A stretch of DNA of 64,000 bases from Podarcis cretensis (taxonomy: Eukaryota). Positions within the stretch are counted from its first letter, which is position 1. Each line of letters starts with the position of its first letter. This document shows positions 19,001-31,000 of this stretch, piece by piece. Below the pieces are notes generated by a model. It was given only the letters and a program-made list of their open reading frames with translations, did not search any database and was not told the origin of the DNA. Location of the stretch: contig OX638156.1 of assembly GCA_951804945.1 (NCBI GenBank), positions 35,340,001 through 35,404,000 on the forward strand, in the 5' to 3' direction. The translations under genes were made by a program, and so were the position numbers.

Positions 19001-22000
19001 AGGGAAGTTGTAACGTACTGGGCACTGCAGAATATTCTTGGAATTGTTGTAATTGCTTCTGATTCTGTTGATTTCTGTCATGCATATGTTGTTGCTGGGC
19101 AGTCCCAAATTATGCTGTACTGCATAATTAGAGGAATTAGAGATCAAAGGAAGGTGGGCAAGCATACCACCCACATGGTAGCTCCACTAAATACTCTTGG
19201 GCAGTTTTTCTGCTTTGCTTAATTAGCAAGAATCTGGTTATCACTTAACTGTTTCCTCTATTCAACCGATGCAAAGTTTATCAGATTTGATAGGAAACAT
19301 AAAACAAGCTGATGGAACACTCTGCTCTTGGATAGATGCCCGCCAACTTGCTTTATTTGAGATAGTGCTACTTCTGTGGCAGGGTTCTGAAGGTTAGTGT
19401 GCTATTTAACACTGAAATGAAATATATCCTATCTGGTTGCCTTGTATTCTAAGCTAATAGTTTGTACATAGAGACCCTGAAGACTACCCAGAAACATTCT
19501 GAAAGAAGCTTCAGCACTGTATCCTTTGTAACAAACTTGAGACACTGGTAGGTTTCATGATGTTCACTGTTGGCATCTAGATTTTGTTTTGTTAAAAAAT
19601 ACACTGTTCTTAAATTTTCAGAAGTTCATTTAAAAATGAAATATCACCCCTGCCAAAAGTCTGGAAACAGGCAGGAGATAATGAACCAGACCTTTTCCAT
19701 ATTAAAGTGTTATGTTTTACATTTCTCTGTATATAATAACAATGTAAGAATGTAGCCCCCATTTGTAGTGCCTCATCACAATCCTGGATTTGCATGAAAT
19801 CAGGGTGGGGTAAGGGGCAAAGTTACAGGCAGGTTGCGCAGAAAGTTGCCATGGCGTGGTCGCAAAAAAAGAAGAAGAGAGACATTATGAGGGGGAAAGT
19901 GGTTTTAAACAATGGCAGAAGTTTGAGTAGAGTAGCAGGGGTGACACTGAGTGGGGCAAAGTGGTAGTTTAAAACAGGGTTTGAGTACACTGAGAAGGGA
20001 GTTTTGAAAGGCTTTGCTTTAGCTTTGTGCTGTTAGCTTCTGTGTTGTATGCATCTCTGCTTGTTCTCTTTCTTAAAACCGATTTGGTTTAAAACAAGCA
20101 AAAATCCTCAGTGGTCTTCCATTCTTGCTTTACTTAAACCTCTGTTGTTGTTTAAAATCACAACCACCACCACCCCAGGGTTACTCCACCACAGCTTTAT
20201 TCAAACTTTTACCAGTTTAAAACAACCTCTTTTCCTCTTTCAGTATTTTTTCCTTGTTGCTGAACTCAAACTTCTCTCTCTTCCATTCCTCAGAGAAATA
20301 AAGGATGCTGAGCCCTCAAATATCCCACAGTAGCTTCACAGAATGTATGTCACTCCTGATACCATGTGTTGTCTTCAACATGAAGTTCAGTGAAGATTCA
20401 GTGTAGTAATTTAGAAGAGTTAGTTTGTTAACAGTCAAACATCTATATATGTACAACATCCTTTAAAACTGAACAGCCCAACTGACAGTCTTGGTTTTAA
20501 GATTCTACTCATTTTTAAAGTTGCAGTAATGTATATCATCATGGTGTGTGTCCACAAAGGGGGCTGCAGAATAGGGGAGTTGAGAAAGCATGCAAATGGT
20601 GATCTGTGTGTAAGGGAGAGTTGAGAAAAGTGAGGATGAGGGTGGAATAAAAAAGGGGGTGATGGTAAAAATAGGAGTGTAAAAGGGGTTGCAAAAAAGA
20701 GGTAGTAAGAGGCATGGGAATGGGGTTGAGGACTAAAGCAGAGTCATGAAAGGGTCTGCAGAATAGGAGGGAATAGCTTCATAATTGAGTGGAAGGTGAA
20801 AAAGGTGCTTAGTTGCTCTGTGTTGGAAGAGGAAGGTACCCGAGATTACCATGCGGTTGGTTTGTATGTAAGGGTGTTGCACAAAAAAGAGGACGAGGCA
20901 CAGACAAGGGGGTGAAGATGAAATGAGTTCAAAGTGAGTCTATAGAATAGAGAGAACTGGCATCAGGAATGGGGTTTGAGAGGTGAAAAGTAAGCTTTGG
21001 AATTGCATGGGGTGGGAAGGGGAAGCTCTAGGGCACGGGTCAGCAAACCTTTTCAGCTGTGGGCTGGTCCACTGTCCCTCAGACCTTGGGGGCTGGACTA
21101 TATTGCGGGGGGGGGGGGGAGAACAAATTCCTGTGCCCCACAAATAACCCAGAGATGCATTTTAAATAAAAGGACACATTCTACTCATGTAAAAACACGC
21201 TGATTCCCTGACCATCTGCAGGCTGGATTTAGAAGGCAATTGGGCTGGGTCCAGCCTCCAGGCCTTAGTTTGCCTACCCATGCCCTAACTGTTGCTTTTC
21301 CTTCCCCCTTTGCAATTGTTGAATCTTCATAGAATTTTTGGGAGGCAGGGAGAGATGGAGAAAGAGCACAGATCTACCCATGGGTAGGCAAACTAAGGCC
21401 TGGGGGCCAGATCCAGCCCAATCGCCTTCTAAATTCAGCCCATGGACAGTCCGGGAATCAGCGTGTTTTTACATGAGTGGAATGTGTAATTTTTATTTAA
21501 AATGCATCTCTGGGTTATTTGTGGGGCATAGAAATTTGTTAACCCCCCCAGTATAGTCTGGCCCCCCACAAGGTCTGAGGGACAGTGGACCATCCCCCTG
21601 CTGAAAAAGTTTGCTGACCCCTGCTCTAGGGGGTTAATGTGGGGGGCTGTTAGGTGGGTTGGTGAGCAGCACAAGCAGGCAGTGCAGCTGCTAGTGCTAG
21701 TAATACCGTTAGAATACAGTATCAAAAAAATTGGTTGTACAAAATCCAGCTGCAGTTTTGCATATCACTTGCTTGAACAGCAGCTATCAATTTTTCACCT
21801 ATCAGGTGGGGGATTTTATGTGTAAAAAACATTTGGAAGAGACAGTGGGATAGGGCATGTGCTCTGATGAATAGCTGTCACATTTACACAAAAGTCAATT
21901 GTACATGGTGCCAAGATAGCATATGTGCTGCCTGAAGTAGTACCTAAGAGCTGTCAGTAATCTGTGTGGGTTCAGAACGATGCATATGATTTCTTTCTCC

Positions 22001-25000
22001 CTGCTTCTCACATGTTTTGTAGAAAATCTTTGTCACATAGGTTTCATAGTTCAGTTTCTCTGTGAGACTGCAATAAAAGCATGTTCTGAGAAAAATAGCA
22101 TGCAAAATCCTCATGGTTTCTGCATCCCACCCATGCTTCAAGCATCTTCATAAATTGGCAAGCTTAGCTATTCTGCCTAGGGAGGTAAACTGCAGACATA
22201 ACACAAGGGTGTGTTTCCATGGTAATGTTGGTCTTCTAGTGCACAGTTAGATCTGCATACAAATCTGGAACTACCTTTTTCATTGTAGTCAGCTCGTGCT
22301 GCTGTCTGACATTCGTTGCTTTGTATTTTTCCCTGAGGTTGAGGGGGAAATTTCAGGGCATTAAAATAAATCCATTGTGTTGGCAGAATTACCAGTAAAT
22401 GAGTAGAGCAGAGCATGAATAGGGTGGGGCATGTATTTAGCTCTCATTCAGTCAGTGGAAGTGAAAGGTGGTAGGCAGATTGGTACTTGAGGTCAAGGTA
22501 GAAGCAGGATTCTATATCGATTTTTATTGACTTGACTTGTATTGTATTATATATTATATTCATTATATTATATTATACTATACTATATTAAATTTGTATA
22601 CATACAGCTTTTTATTTATAAATTTGTGCACCTCAAAGCAGTTCAAAATATGCAAATAAATAAAATAAATAAATACAATTAACTGTTAAAATACTAGATA
22701 GTCACATCTTTTCAGCAGCTAGAACCCAAAAATATCTTAAGATTGGCTGTTGGAAAATGTCATGATAAACAGAATGGTCTTTAACTATCTGTGAAATTAT
22801 CCTATCACCACTGCTCTCCTGATCTCCATGGGGAGCTTATTCCACAAAATGGGTGCCATAGTAGTTGTCCCTCCAGCCAACTAAGCAGTGCAGTCAGAAG
22901 TGCCCCACCCAAATAACACAGTGTCATTGATGGACTATAAAGAAAAGGGAGTCTTGAATATACTGTAATCTGTTCCCAAGCTGTTTAGGGCTTCAGAGGT
23001 CAAAAACAACACTTAAAACTTTGTTCAGCAGCTAATGAACTGCCATTGCAGATCCCTCTTTATTGATGTTACATGTGTGCAGTAGGAAGCTTCAGCAACC
23101 TAGGTGCAGCTTCTAGACCAACCTCAAGGTTAGCCCACATAGAATGTGTTACAGTAACCCAATTGTAAGGTTACCAGCATGTTGATCACAGTAGCTGGGT
23201 ATCCCTGTAATCATACTTAGCAGACCTGCCAGGCATTTCCTGCCACTGAGGTCACTTGGGCCTCCAGTGACAAAGATGGATTAAAGAGTACCCCCAAACT
23301 GTGCACTTGTCCTTCCAAAAGGAGTCCAACCCCATCTAGAACTGGCAGATTTCCCTATTTCCAGACTCAAAAACACCCACCCACAATGTACTTCATTAAG
23401 GATTCTGCCATGAGTCCTGTGGAGGTCTTGTGGAGCGGTTGGTCCAATCCAGATGAAAAATAAGAACTTGGGGAGTTGAAGTTTGGAAATATAGAGAAGG
23501 GTTCCAGTGGGTTGTGGAAGATGAAATTGGGATCCCACGGAATTGAATCATAGAATTACAGAGTTGTAAGGGACCCTGAGGGTCATCTAGTCCAACCCCC
23601 TGTAATGCAGGAATCTCAACTAAAGGAGGGGGGTAGTGACTGCACAGCTGGATTCAGGGGAGGGATCGAGTGGGTTGACAGAGATATGTTGTTCTTCTGT
23701 GGTAACAGCTGCCTCTAGTCAGACCTCTGCTATTGTGGAACCACCTCTGATGTTGCCTCCTGTTAGTGATGAGCTGCTGCCTTTTGGGGAGGCAACAGAG
23801 TAGGTTGGATGCAGAGCCAACTCCACTTCCGTCTTCAAGGGCATGGAGGTACTGGCACCTGCATGAATAAACCGCAGTTCCAACCCACTCAGGGGAATGC
23901 TAATTTGCTTGCTCACTCCAAAGACTCCAGCTCCTTACCACACACACTAAAAGCACCCCCCTCCACAACAGGCTCATGGGGCATGCCGTTTGTTAGTTCA
24001 GTGTGTTCACTTGTGCCTAGCCATGCATCTAAACCTTTCTTGTACCGTCTATACCATGTAACCAGTGACTTGCTTATATAAAAATCTGCTTTACACTTTA
24101 AAAACTTTGGCAGAAACAAGAGGCTAGCAGCAAATGCCAGGATAGATTCAAATTCAGTTTCTGAAGGTCATGCATGACACTCACGACTCAAATGTAGTAG
24201 AGAAATAGAACTTGCCTCCAAACTTCAAATGACCACTCCTATGGCTATGTTTAGATGTTAAATAGCATTGGCAATAGAATAGTACCCTGCAGTACCCATA
24301 GCATAACTGCAAGGAAGCTGTGGAACCAACCCCATAGATAGGACCAGAACCACTGCAATATCGTGCCCTCAACTTGTATCTTACAAAGCTGATCGGGCGG
24401 ATATTATGACCTGAAGCCAGTCTGGAATGGCTCAAGATAATCAGTATCCTCCAATAAGCCTGTGTTAGGACTTCCACCATTCTTGATTTGGCTAAAAAGG
24501 GAGAACCTGTGTTCAGGAGGTAGTTAATCATAAACCTTGGTTTGCAGGTAGGGCTTATTGAGGAGTGGTCACACAACACATCTTTAAGGTTGTCTGGCAC
24601 TACCCCATTGCATAATGACACATTCACCAATCCCTGGACTTTCCTTGCCAGCCCATTCCTGCTAGCTTGAATTAGCCTTGATGGGCAAGGATATGGTAGG
24701 ACAAACTGTTACAAATATCTTTTCTACATCCTCAGTCCTCTTTAGCTGAAACTGATCCTACAGGACTAAACCAGATGATGAGTTGGAAACCTCACCAATA
24801 TCCTTTCTAACTTTGGTGTTCAGATCACTGTGGAGACGAATGTTTTTACCTTTACTTGGTGCCTAGCAAAATTATTACAGCAGGCCTCAGAGGGTCCCAG
24901 CCTACTTTTTGCTGGAGCAGGTATAAGTAAAGCACATGCCACTTTGAAAAGATCTGCTGGACATACTTGAGGACACAATGGTGGCAGCCAGTTAAGCCTT

Positions 25001-28000
25001 TGGTGCCTTCACCACCACACAATAGGCACAATTATGTTCAGTCACTCTCACATCACATCTTAGCCCAAATGTGCTTTACCTATCATCTGTTCTATGTCAT
25101 TGTCTGAAATTCTGCAGAGAACCACAGTGTTACTCAGGCTCCACAGTGTCAAACAGAGGGCTTGAGGGCAATTTTGCTGATAGCCTGCTTCATCTCACTG
25201 TTCCACATCAAGACAGGAAACATCCCCAGAGCATTCAAGAATCAGTTGGATTCCATAAGTCTTCAATGGCAGACCATTCTGATAGACCCTTTACGCTTGC
25301 AGGGAGGGATTTTTGTCATGACACCAAATCTCGCAAAACAACATCAAGGCTTGCGTTACGTGAAATACATTTGACAAACACACAAGACGTAACCGGCTAT
25401 GCATTCACATAAACAATACTCCTATATATTCTTATCACAATATCAAATGTTTATCTTGCACATAAACAGCACACAAAGTGCAATAATATAGATGGAAGTC
25501 CCAATAAATCAGTTCATTCATAAAGACCAATGTCTTCTAGTTTCTGTTCCACATATGTTCATAAAGTCCAAATTGGAGCGTACTACAGTTCCACAGTGTT
25601 GACAAGGATTTCCGGAATAATGCCTTGTTTCACTCTCATGGGCTTCATCCGTTGTACATATTCTAAGTAATATAAATGAATATAATGTCGTAATTCAACA
25701 TATTTTAACAAATTAAAATTATATAAACAATTGTGCTATAGAAGTACATACCATATATGAAGTATCAAGATAATAGAATTTCTAACTTAGTGGTTTCTGC
25801 AGTGAACAACAACTGTTACAATGTAAGATTATATAGACAGGCGCAGCATTGATTTTAGTTACAGGTGACAGAAATCTGCAGCTGTGAGGTTTTCTTAAAG
25901 TTACCCCTTTAAAACAACAAATGTAAAACAAACTTTATCCATAAAGAGGTGTTATATATACAAGCATTATTAATGACTTAGAGAAAGCAACTATAATCAA
26001 TTTCAGTATTCAGACCTGAGGGATGCAAAGAATCAAGTAGAAAAATAAATCTAGTTTCTTTCTGCATAAGAAATGACACCAAATCTCATCAAGAAATGAT
26101 CTAACAGCAGCGCTATAACAATACCTTCACATCTCCAGACAATCTCTCTCACACCCTGTGGCAAAGACTGAAATCAAAGTTATATCCCATCTTGTATGTC
26201 AGGCCGTGCAAAAATATGCTGAGACAGCTTCATGGATGCAGTGGAGGCTGGTCCAGTAGAGGCAGATTAGGCATGAACTTTGAATTCTCTAGAACAGTCC
26301 TGGGGTTCACTAACACCACAGTCAAGGACACCTCCTTCAGCTGGGTCAGAGAAGCTGTTTGTTTAGCAGCAGGGTGGGTAGAACATCTGATAGCAACCCC
26401 AATCTATCTGGCCCAACAACAGGTGCAGGTCATCTAAGCCTGCTCCAATGGGGAGAAGTTCTCTGGTGAATGCAGTGATAGTTTATGAACCACAGTGACT
26501 CTCCTCCTGCCTAGATCCACTAAAACCAAATGGTTATATGAAGACTGAGACTGCTCAGTAGGTGCTGAAAACTGATGGAGTGAGGGGAGATACCCAGAAA
26601 ACAGGGTGGGTGTAGGCATGTGAATTGGAATGCAGTGTATTGGAAAAGGGCCTGGCTTGCTGACTGGAACCTTAAATAAAAGCACTTCAGTGTTTTGTTG
26701 CAGGTCCCACTTGCAGATTCTGTTCTCAATGTAGTTTTGGCTGTGGAAATGCGGGTAGTTAAGAGGCAAAACATGAATGGATTAAAGGAGTCTTGAGAAT
26801 TAATTATTGGCTTCTGTACCTTCAAGACTGAAAGGTTTGTCATTAACACTATGTCATTGAACTTGATGTTATCAGCTGTCCTCTTGCTCTCCTTGTGAAA
26901 GATGATTCTTGTAGGACAGCAGTTGGCTTCCTGATAAAGATGGGGTGGAATGGCTAGAGGGGGCTTAATTGCCCAGTGGGGACTCAGTTTAGAAGAGCTG
27001 GAATAGTCAAAGCCTCTTTTCCCACCTGCTAGGAGATTATCAAACTGACAAAAAGGAAGTATAGATTCCCCAGCAGCTGCATACAAATTGTACAGCGCAG
27101 GGCCTCCCCTCAGAAGCAGCCCTGTCCTCCATGTAAGAACTATGGCTTTCTGGAATCACATCCACTAAAAGAAATGAATGTTACATTTAGAATAACTTGT
27201 GCAAGTTAAGCACATTGCAAAAAAACCCTAGACATGTTTTATTCTGGTTGCATGTTCTGCAGAATTTGATTGAGCTGGGGAAGTTGAAATTACCTGAATT
27301 TTGACAGTGCAGAATGAAGGGAAGCATGCTCTGTAGTCATGCATATTTCTGTATCTCCTGATGAAACATAATTGTTTTTGTTGAGGACTTGCATAAATTG
27401 AGGGTAGTCCATTTGATAACAGGTGGTGCCAGTTAATATATTTAAATGTGCCTCTCTGCTGGTACTGGGCATTCTTGTATACTAGAAATATAAAGCGGTC
27501 CTACAGATGTACATGGACCTCCTTTTCTGTCTTTTGAATCTGCATATTGGCACGTAGGTATGTGATGGTCACCTTTTCTAATTGTGCTACACTTGGGTAA
27601 AATGGTTTCTCCAGCTCCCAGAGGTTGTGAATCATGTGGACTATTCCAGATTTCTCATGCTGCAAGATCTGAGAAATAGTCATGCAACCTGAATTATTTG
27701 GGAATTAATAGAAGAGTAACAAGGGTGATCCTTCTGACCCTTACAAAATATGCAAACTACAGTGTTAGACAACCTCCTTGTGTCATTTTTTTGTGTATGG
27801 TGGGTAGCTTCTGTGACAAGGAATTGTTTTTTACCTCTCTTCTGACTTCTTTTTTGTGCTCAGGTAGAAATTGTTTGCCAATTGGTGCTTCTGTTTCCAA
27901 AGTACTAACTATAAGCCCATTAAGGGAGATGGGGAGAAAACTAACTTTATTATGACAGGCTTCTCATGGTTAGAGCTCTTAGAATGTTACACAAGCAAGT

Positions 28001-31000
28001 CAGTAAATGTCTTGTTCTCACCAAGGGAGAGAACAATATGTTAGATTGTAGATGTACATCGAATTACCTTAATTTTTGCTGAGATATAGGTAGTAAATCT
28101 GAGAAAGTTAGGTTAATTGTGACTGAGTAGGTTTCTACAGAGACAGTTGTCTGTGTGGCTTTACTTCACATAGTCCAGTTTTGTCAATACATGTCCCAAA
28201 CAAAACACTGTCCTGCCATTTACTTTTTTGCTTAGTTATGCTGTTATTGCCTATGGATGTGCAAGCTGCCCCAAACTGACGTGTGAGAGAGAAGGCTGCC
28301 AGACTGAATTTTGCTATCACTGCAAGCAGATATGGCACCCAAACCAAACTTGCGACATGGCCCGCCAACAAAGAGCACAAACTCTGCGGGTACGGACAAA
28401 GCACACCTCAGGCCTCAGTTATGGACAAGAATCTGGACCAGGTATGTACCAGTGAGCTACTTGCCAGTTATTGCAGTTGTGTGTGAAGATCTCGGAAAGA
28501 GATTGACTTAAGTAAACGTGACTTTTACCTTTGTATGGTAGCTAAATTTCAGCAATGTAAAAGGCAAAGGTTTATACACATACACATACACTCCTCTATC
28601 TAGGCAAGCAGGAAGCATCATCACAGTTCAAGGACACATTCTGGACAGGCAAAACTACTTGAGGAGAATAAGGGATGTGGCCTGAGAAGAATCTCAAGGT
28701 TGGATAGAGAGGCCTTGAGGGATGCTTTTAGCACCGAGGTCTAAGATTCCACACCTCTGTTTTAAAGTACCCACTTGCTTCAAGTGAGTTATAAAACTTT
28801 TACCTCAGACATAACATAACTATTGAACATAACTAGTTCAAATCAAATGTCATTGTTCAAATTGCATGCTGGCAACAGCAGTGTGTTTTGGTGGAGTTGG
28901 GAACATAGAAAGCTGCTTTCTGCTAGGTCAAACTGTTTCTCCATCTAGCCCAGTGTTGTTTAATCTGACTGGCAGTGGCTCTCCAAGGTCTCAGGCAGAG
29001 GTCTTTCCCCATCACTTGATATAACTAGAGATGCCGGGGACTGAATTTGGGACCTCCTGAATTTAAAGGACTTGCAGTAATAATGAGCTATGATCCTATG
29101 CAGCCTTGTTAAAAATATCAGGGATGAATTACTTGTCAGGCCCAGGATACTCTTACCCTTTTAAACTAAGAATGAGTTTCTCAGGCAATAACCTTACCAA
29201 GTGACTTTCAGACATTCATTCTCAGTCTGCGCCCCTGCCTATATGACAGGATTGTGGTAAGGATAAAATGGGGGTGGAAGGGAGGAGCATATTCTCTCTT
29301 GAACTCCTTGAAGGAAAGGTGAGATTTAAATTTGGTAAATAAGTGAGTCAGGCCATGGTCCTAAGCACAGTCAGTTGAATTAGAAACAATGAGGTTTTTG
29401 AATCTTGACCTGCCATGTGATTTAAACACTTTTTTTCATTCAAAGGAGGATGGGCTGGAAGAGTAAGACTGTGGTGGTTCTTTCACCTTCTTTCTTACAA
29501 TGGAAGATCTCAAAGATTTTCAATTCCTTCTTGGGATTTATTTAGGTGCACAAAATTTGACTGGGTTCTCCTTTTCAATTCCATAGCAGATGACATCAAG
29601 CCATGTCCACGTTGCAGTGCCTACATCATCAAGATGAATGATGGCAGCTGTAATCACATGACTTGTGCTGTATGTGGCTGTGAATTCTGCTGGCTTTGTA
29701 TGAAGGAAATCTCTGATTTGCATTACCTCAGGTAAGTTGGAGGGTAAAATGCCCTCAAGCTGCTCTACCTTGCTAGAGCTATGTTGCTGTGGTCCAAAAC
29801 CTTTACTACTCAAAAGATACTGTGCTGTGGGAGTATCAAAAAAGATAAAATATTGATTTGTGTTCTTATACTTAGAAATGTAGACTGATGGACTTAAAAT
29901 TGATTGGAGATGGCCTTAGAACCCTTCCCAATTTCATGGGCAGCAGCACTTGCTTCTCTAAGAGCGTTCTGTCATTTTTGCTCCTTGGCATTATGTTAAA
30001 ACACACCTGAATGCTCCAGGCCAGCAAACTGCTAAAATATTTGGCTTTTATAGAGGTGGGCACACTTGCTGATGATAAATTAAGGGCATTTGATTAGCAG
30101 CCCCTGTCTGCTATTTAGCCTCTTAATTCCTGTGGAAGCAGTAAGGGTGCACTTAGTTTTTCACACATGATTTCTCCATCTTGGCTTTATTTCTGTTAAA
30201 CATATCATGACATGGTGTAATATGTCATGTATTGTTGTTTATCTGAGGTTGTTTTTACCTAATTTTAAGACCTGTTAAGGAACAAATGATTGCTATTATG
30301 TCCTGATATGTAAAGCCACAGAATTCAAAGGAGGTGCACTTTCTTTTACCCATGACTATACATGGATCAGCTGCAGGGGTGGGGGGCTGTGTACTGTGTA
30401 CATACATGTGTGTGCGTATTATGTGTCTGTGAGAAAGTGTGCCCTCCCTCCCCCCCCCCACTGCTGGCATGTGGCCCTTGGAGGGTTGGCAGCGAGGGAA
30501 TGCATGCCTCAGAGCAGCAATCGAAACTCCCATTGTTCTAGGCACGTTTTGCGACAGGGAATTTCATTAGCGAGAGCAGTTTCTGAGCCTAAGATTTCAG
30601 ATTAAAATTGCACAGTGGAAGGAAAGGAGGACTTTTTTCTGCCTCCCCATTTCCAGCCACTCTCTGAAGACTGGAAAAGAAACCCTCTTAAGAATATTAG
30701 AGGGGTGGGCAGGGGAAGAATGGCTTTGTTTTTTGCAGTCTTCAGATGAGGACTAGACCATGTGAAAAATGAACATAAGACTTTTAGCTGCCGTTCATTC
30801 ATTTTCATTTTTGTATTCTTGTTATTAAAAAAGCGCACCTAGATATTCTGTTGTTGTGTGCATAACCTAGATTTAAGGTGCCATTTAGCTCCTAGCTTTC
30901 ATATCTCAGTTTCTAACGCTGCCGCAGAGTCGAAACAGTTCCCCATCTGTGCTGTAGACACACCTTTAGCTACTTGGACAGGAAGAGGAGGGGAGAGGTT

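Larger units (their letters stand above)
22590..26400 (-). mobile_element. Decayed, interrupted L2-type LINE (endonuclease, RT and 3' end relics)
   Basis: Minus-strand relics: 3' end [13 protein letters not shown] (~22810-22860), LPVLDGVG...QVHSLGVL (~23285-23350), PFLAK...[11 protein letters not shown] (~24410-24505), AISKIALK (~25160-25190), endonuclease-like relic ~26270-26360; boundaries approximate. Confidence 0.7.

Noticed and set aside
19790-21020. Purine-rich tracts with weak inverted similarity to 20100-20290
   Set aside because: Low-complexity and too degenerate to define a structure or element
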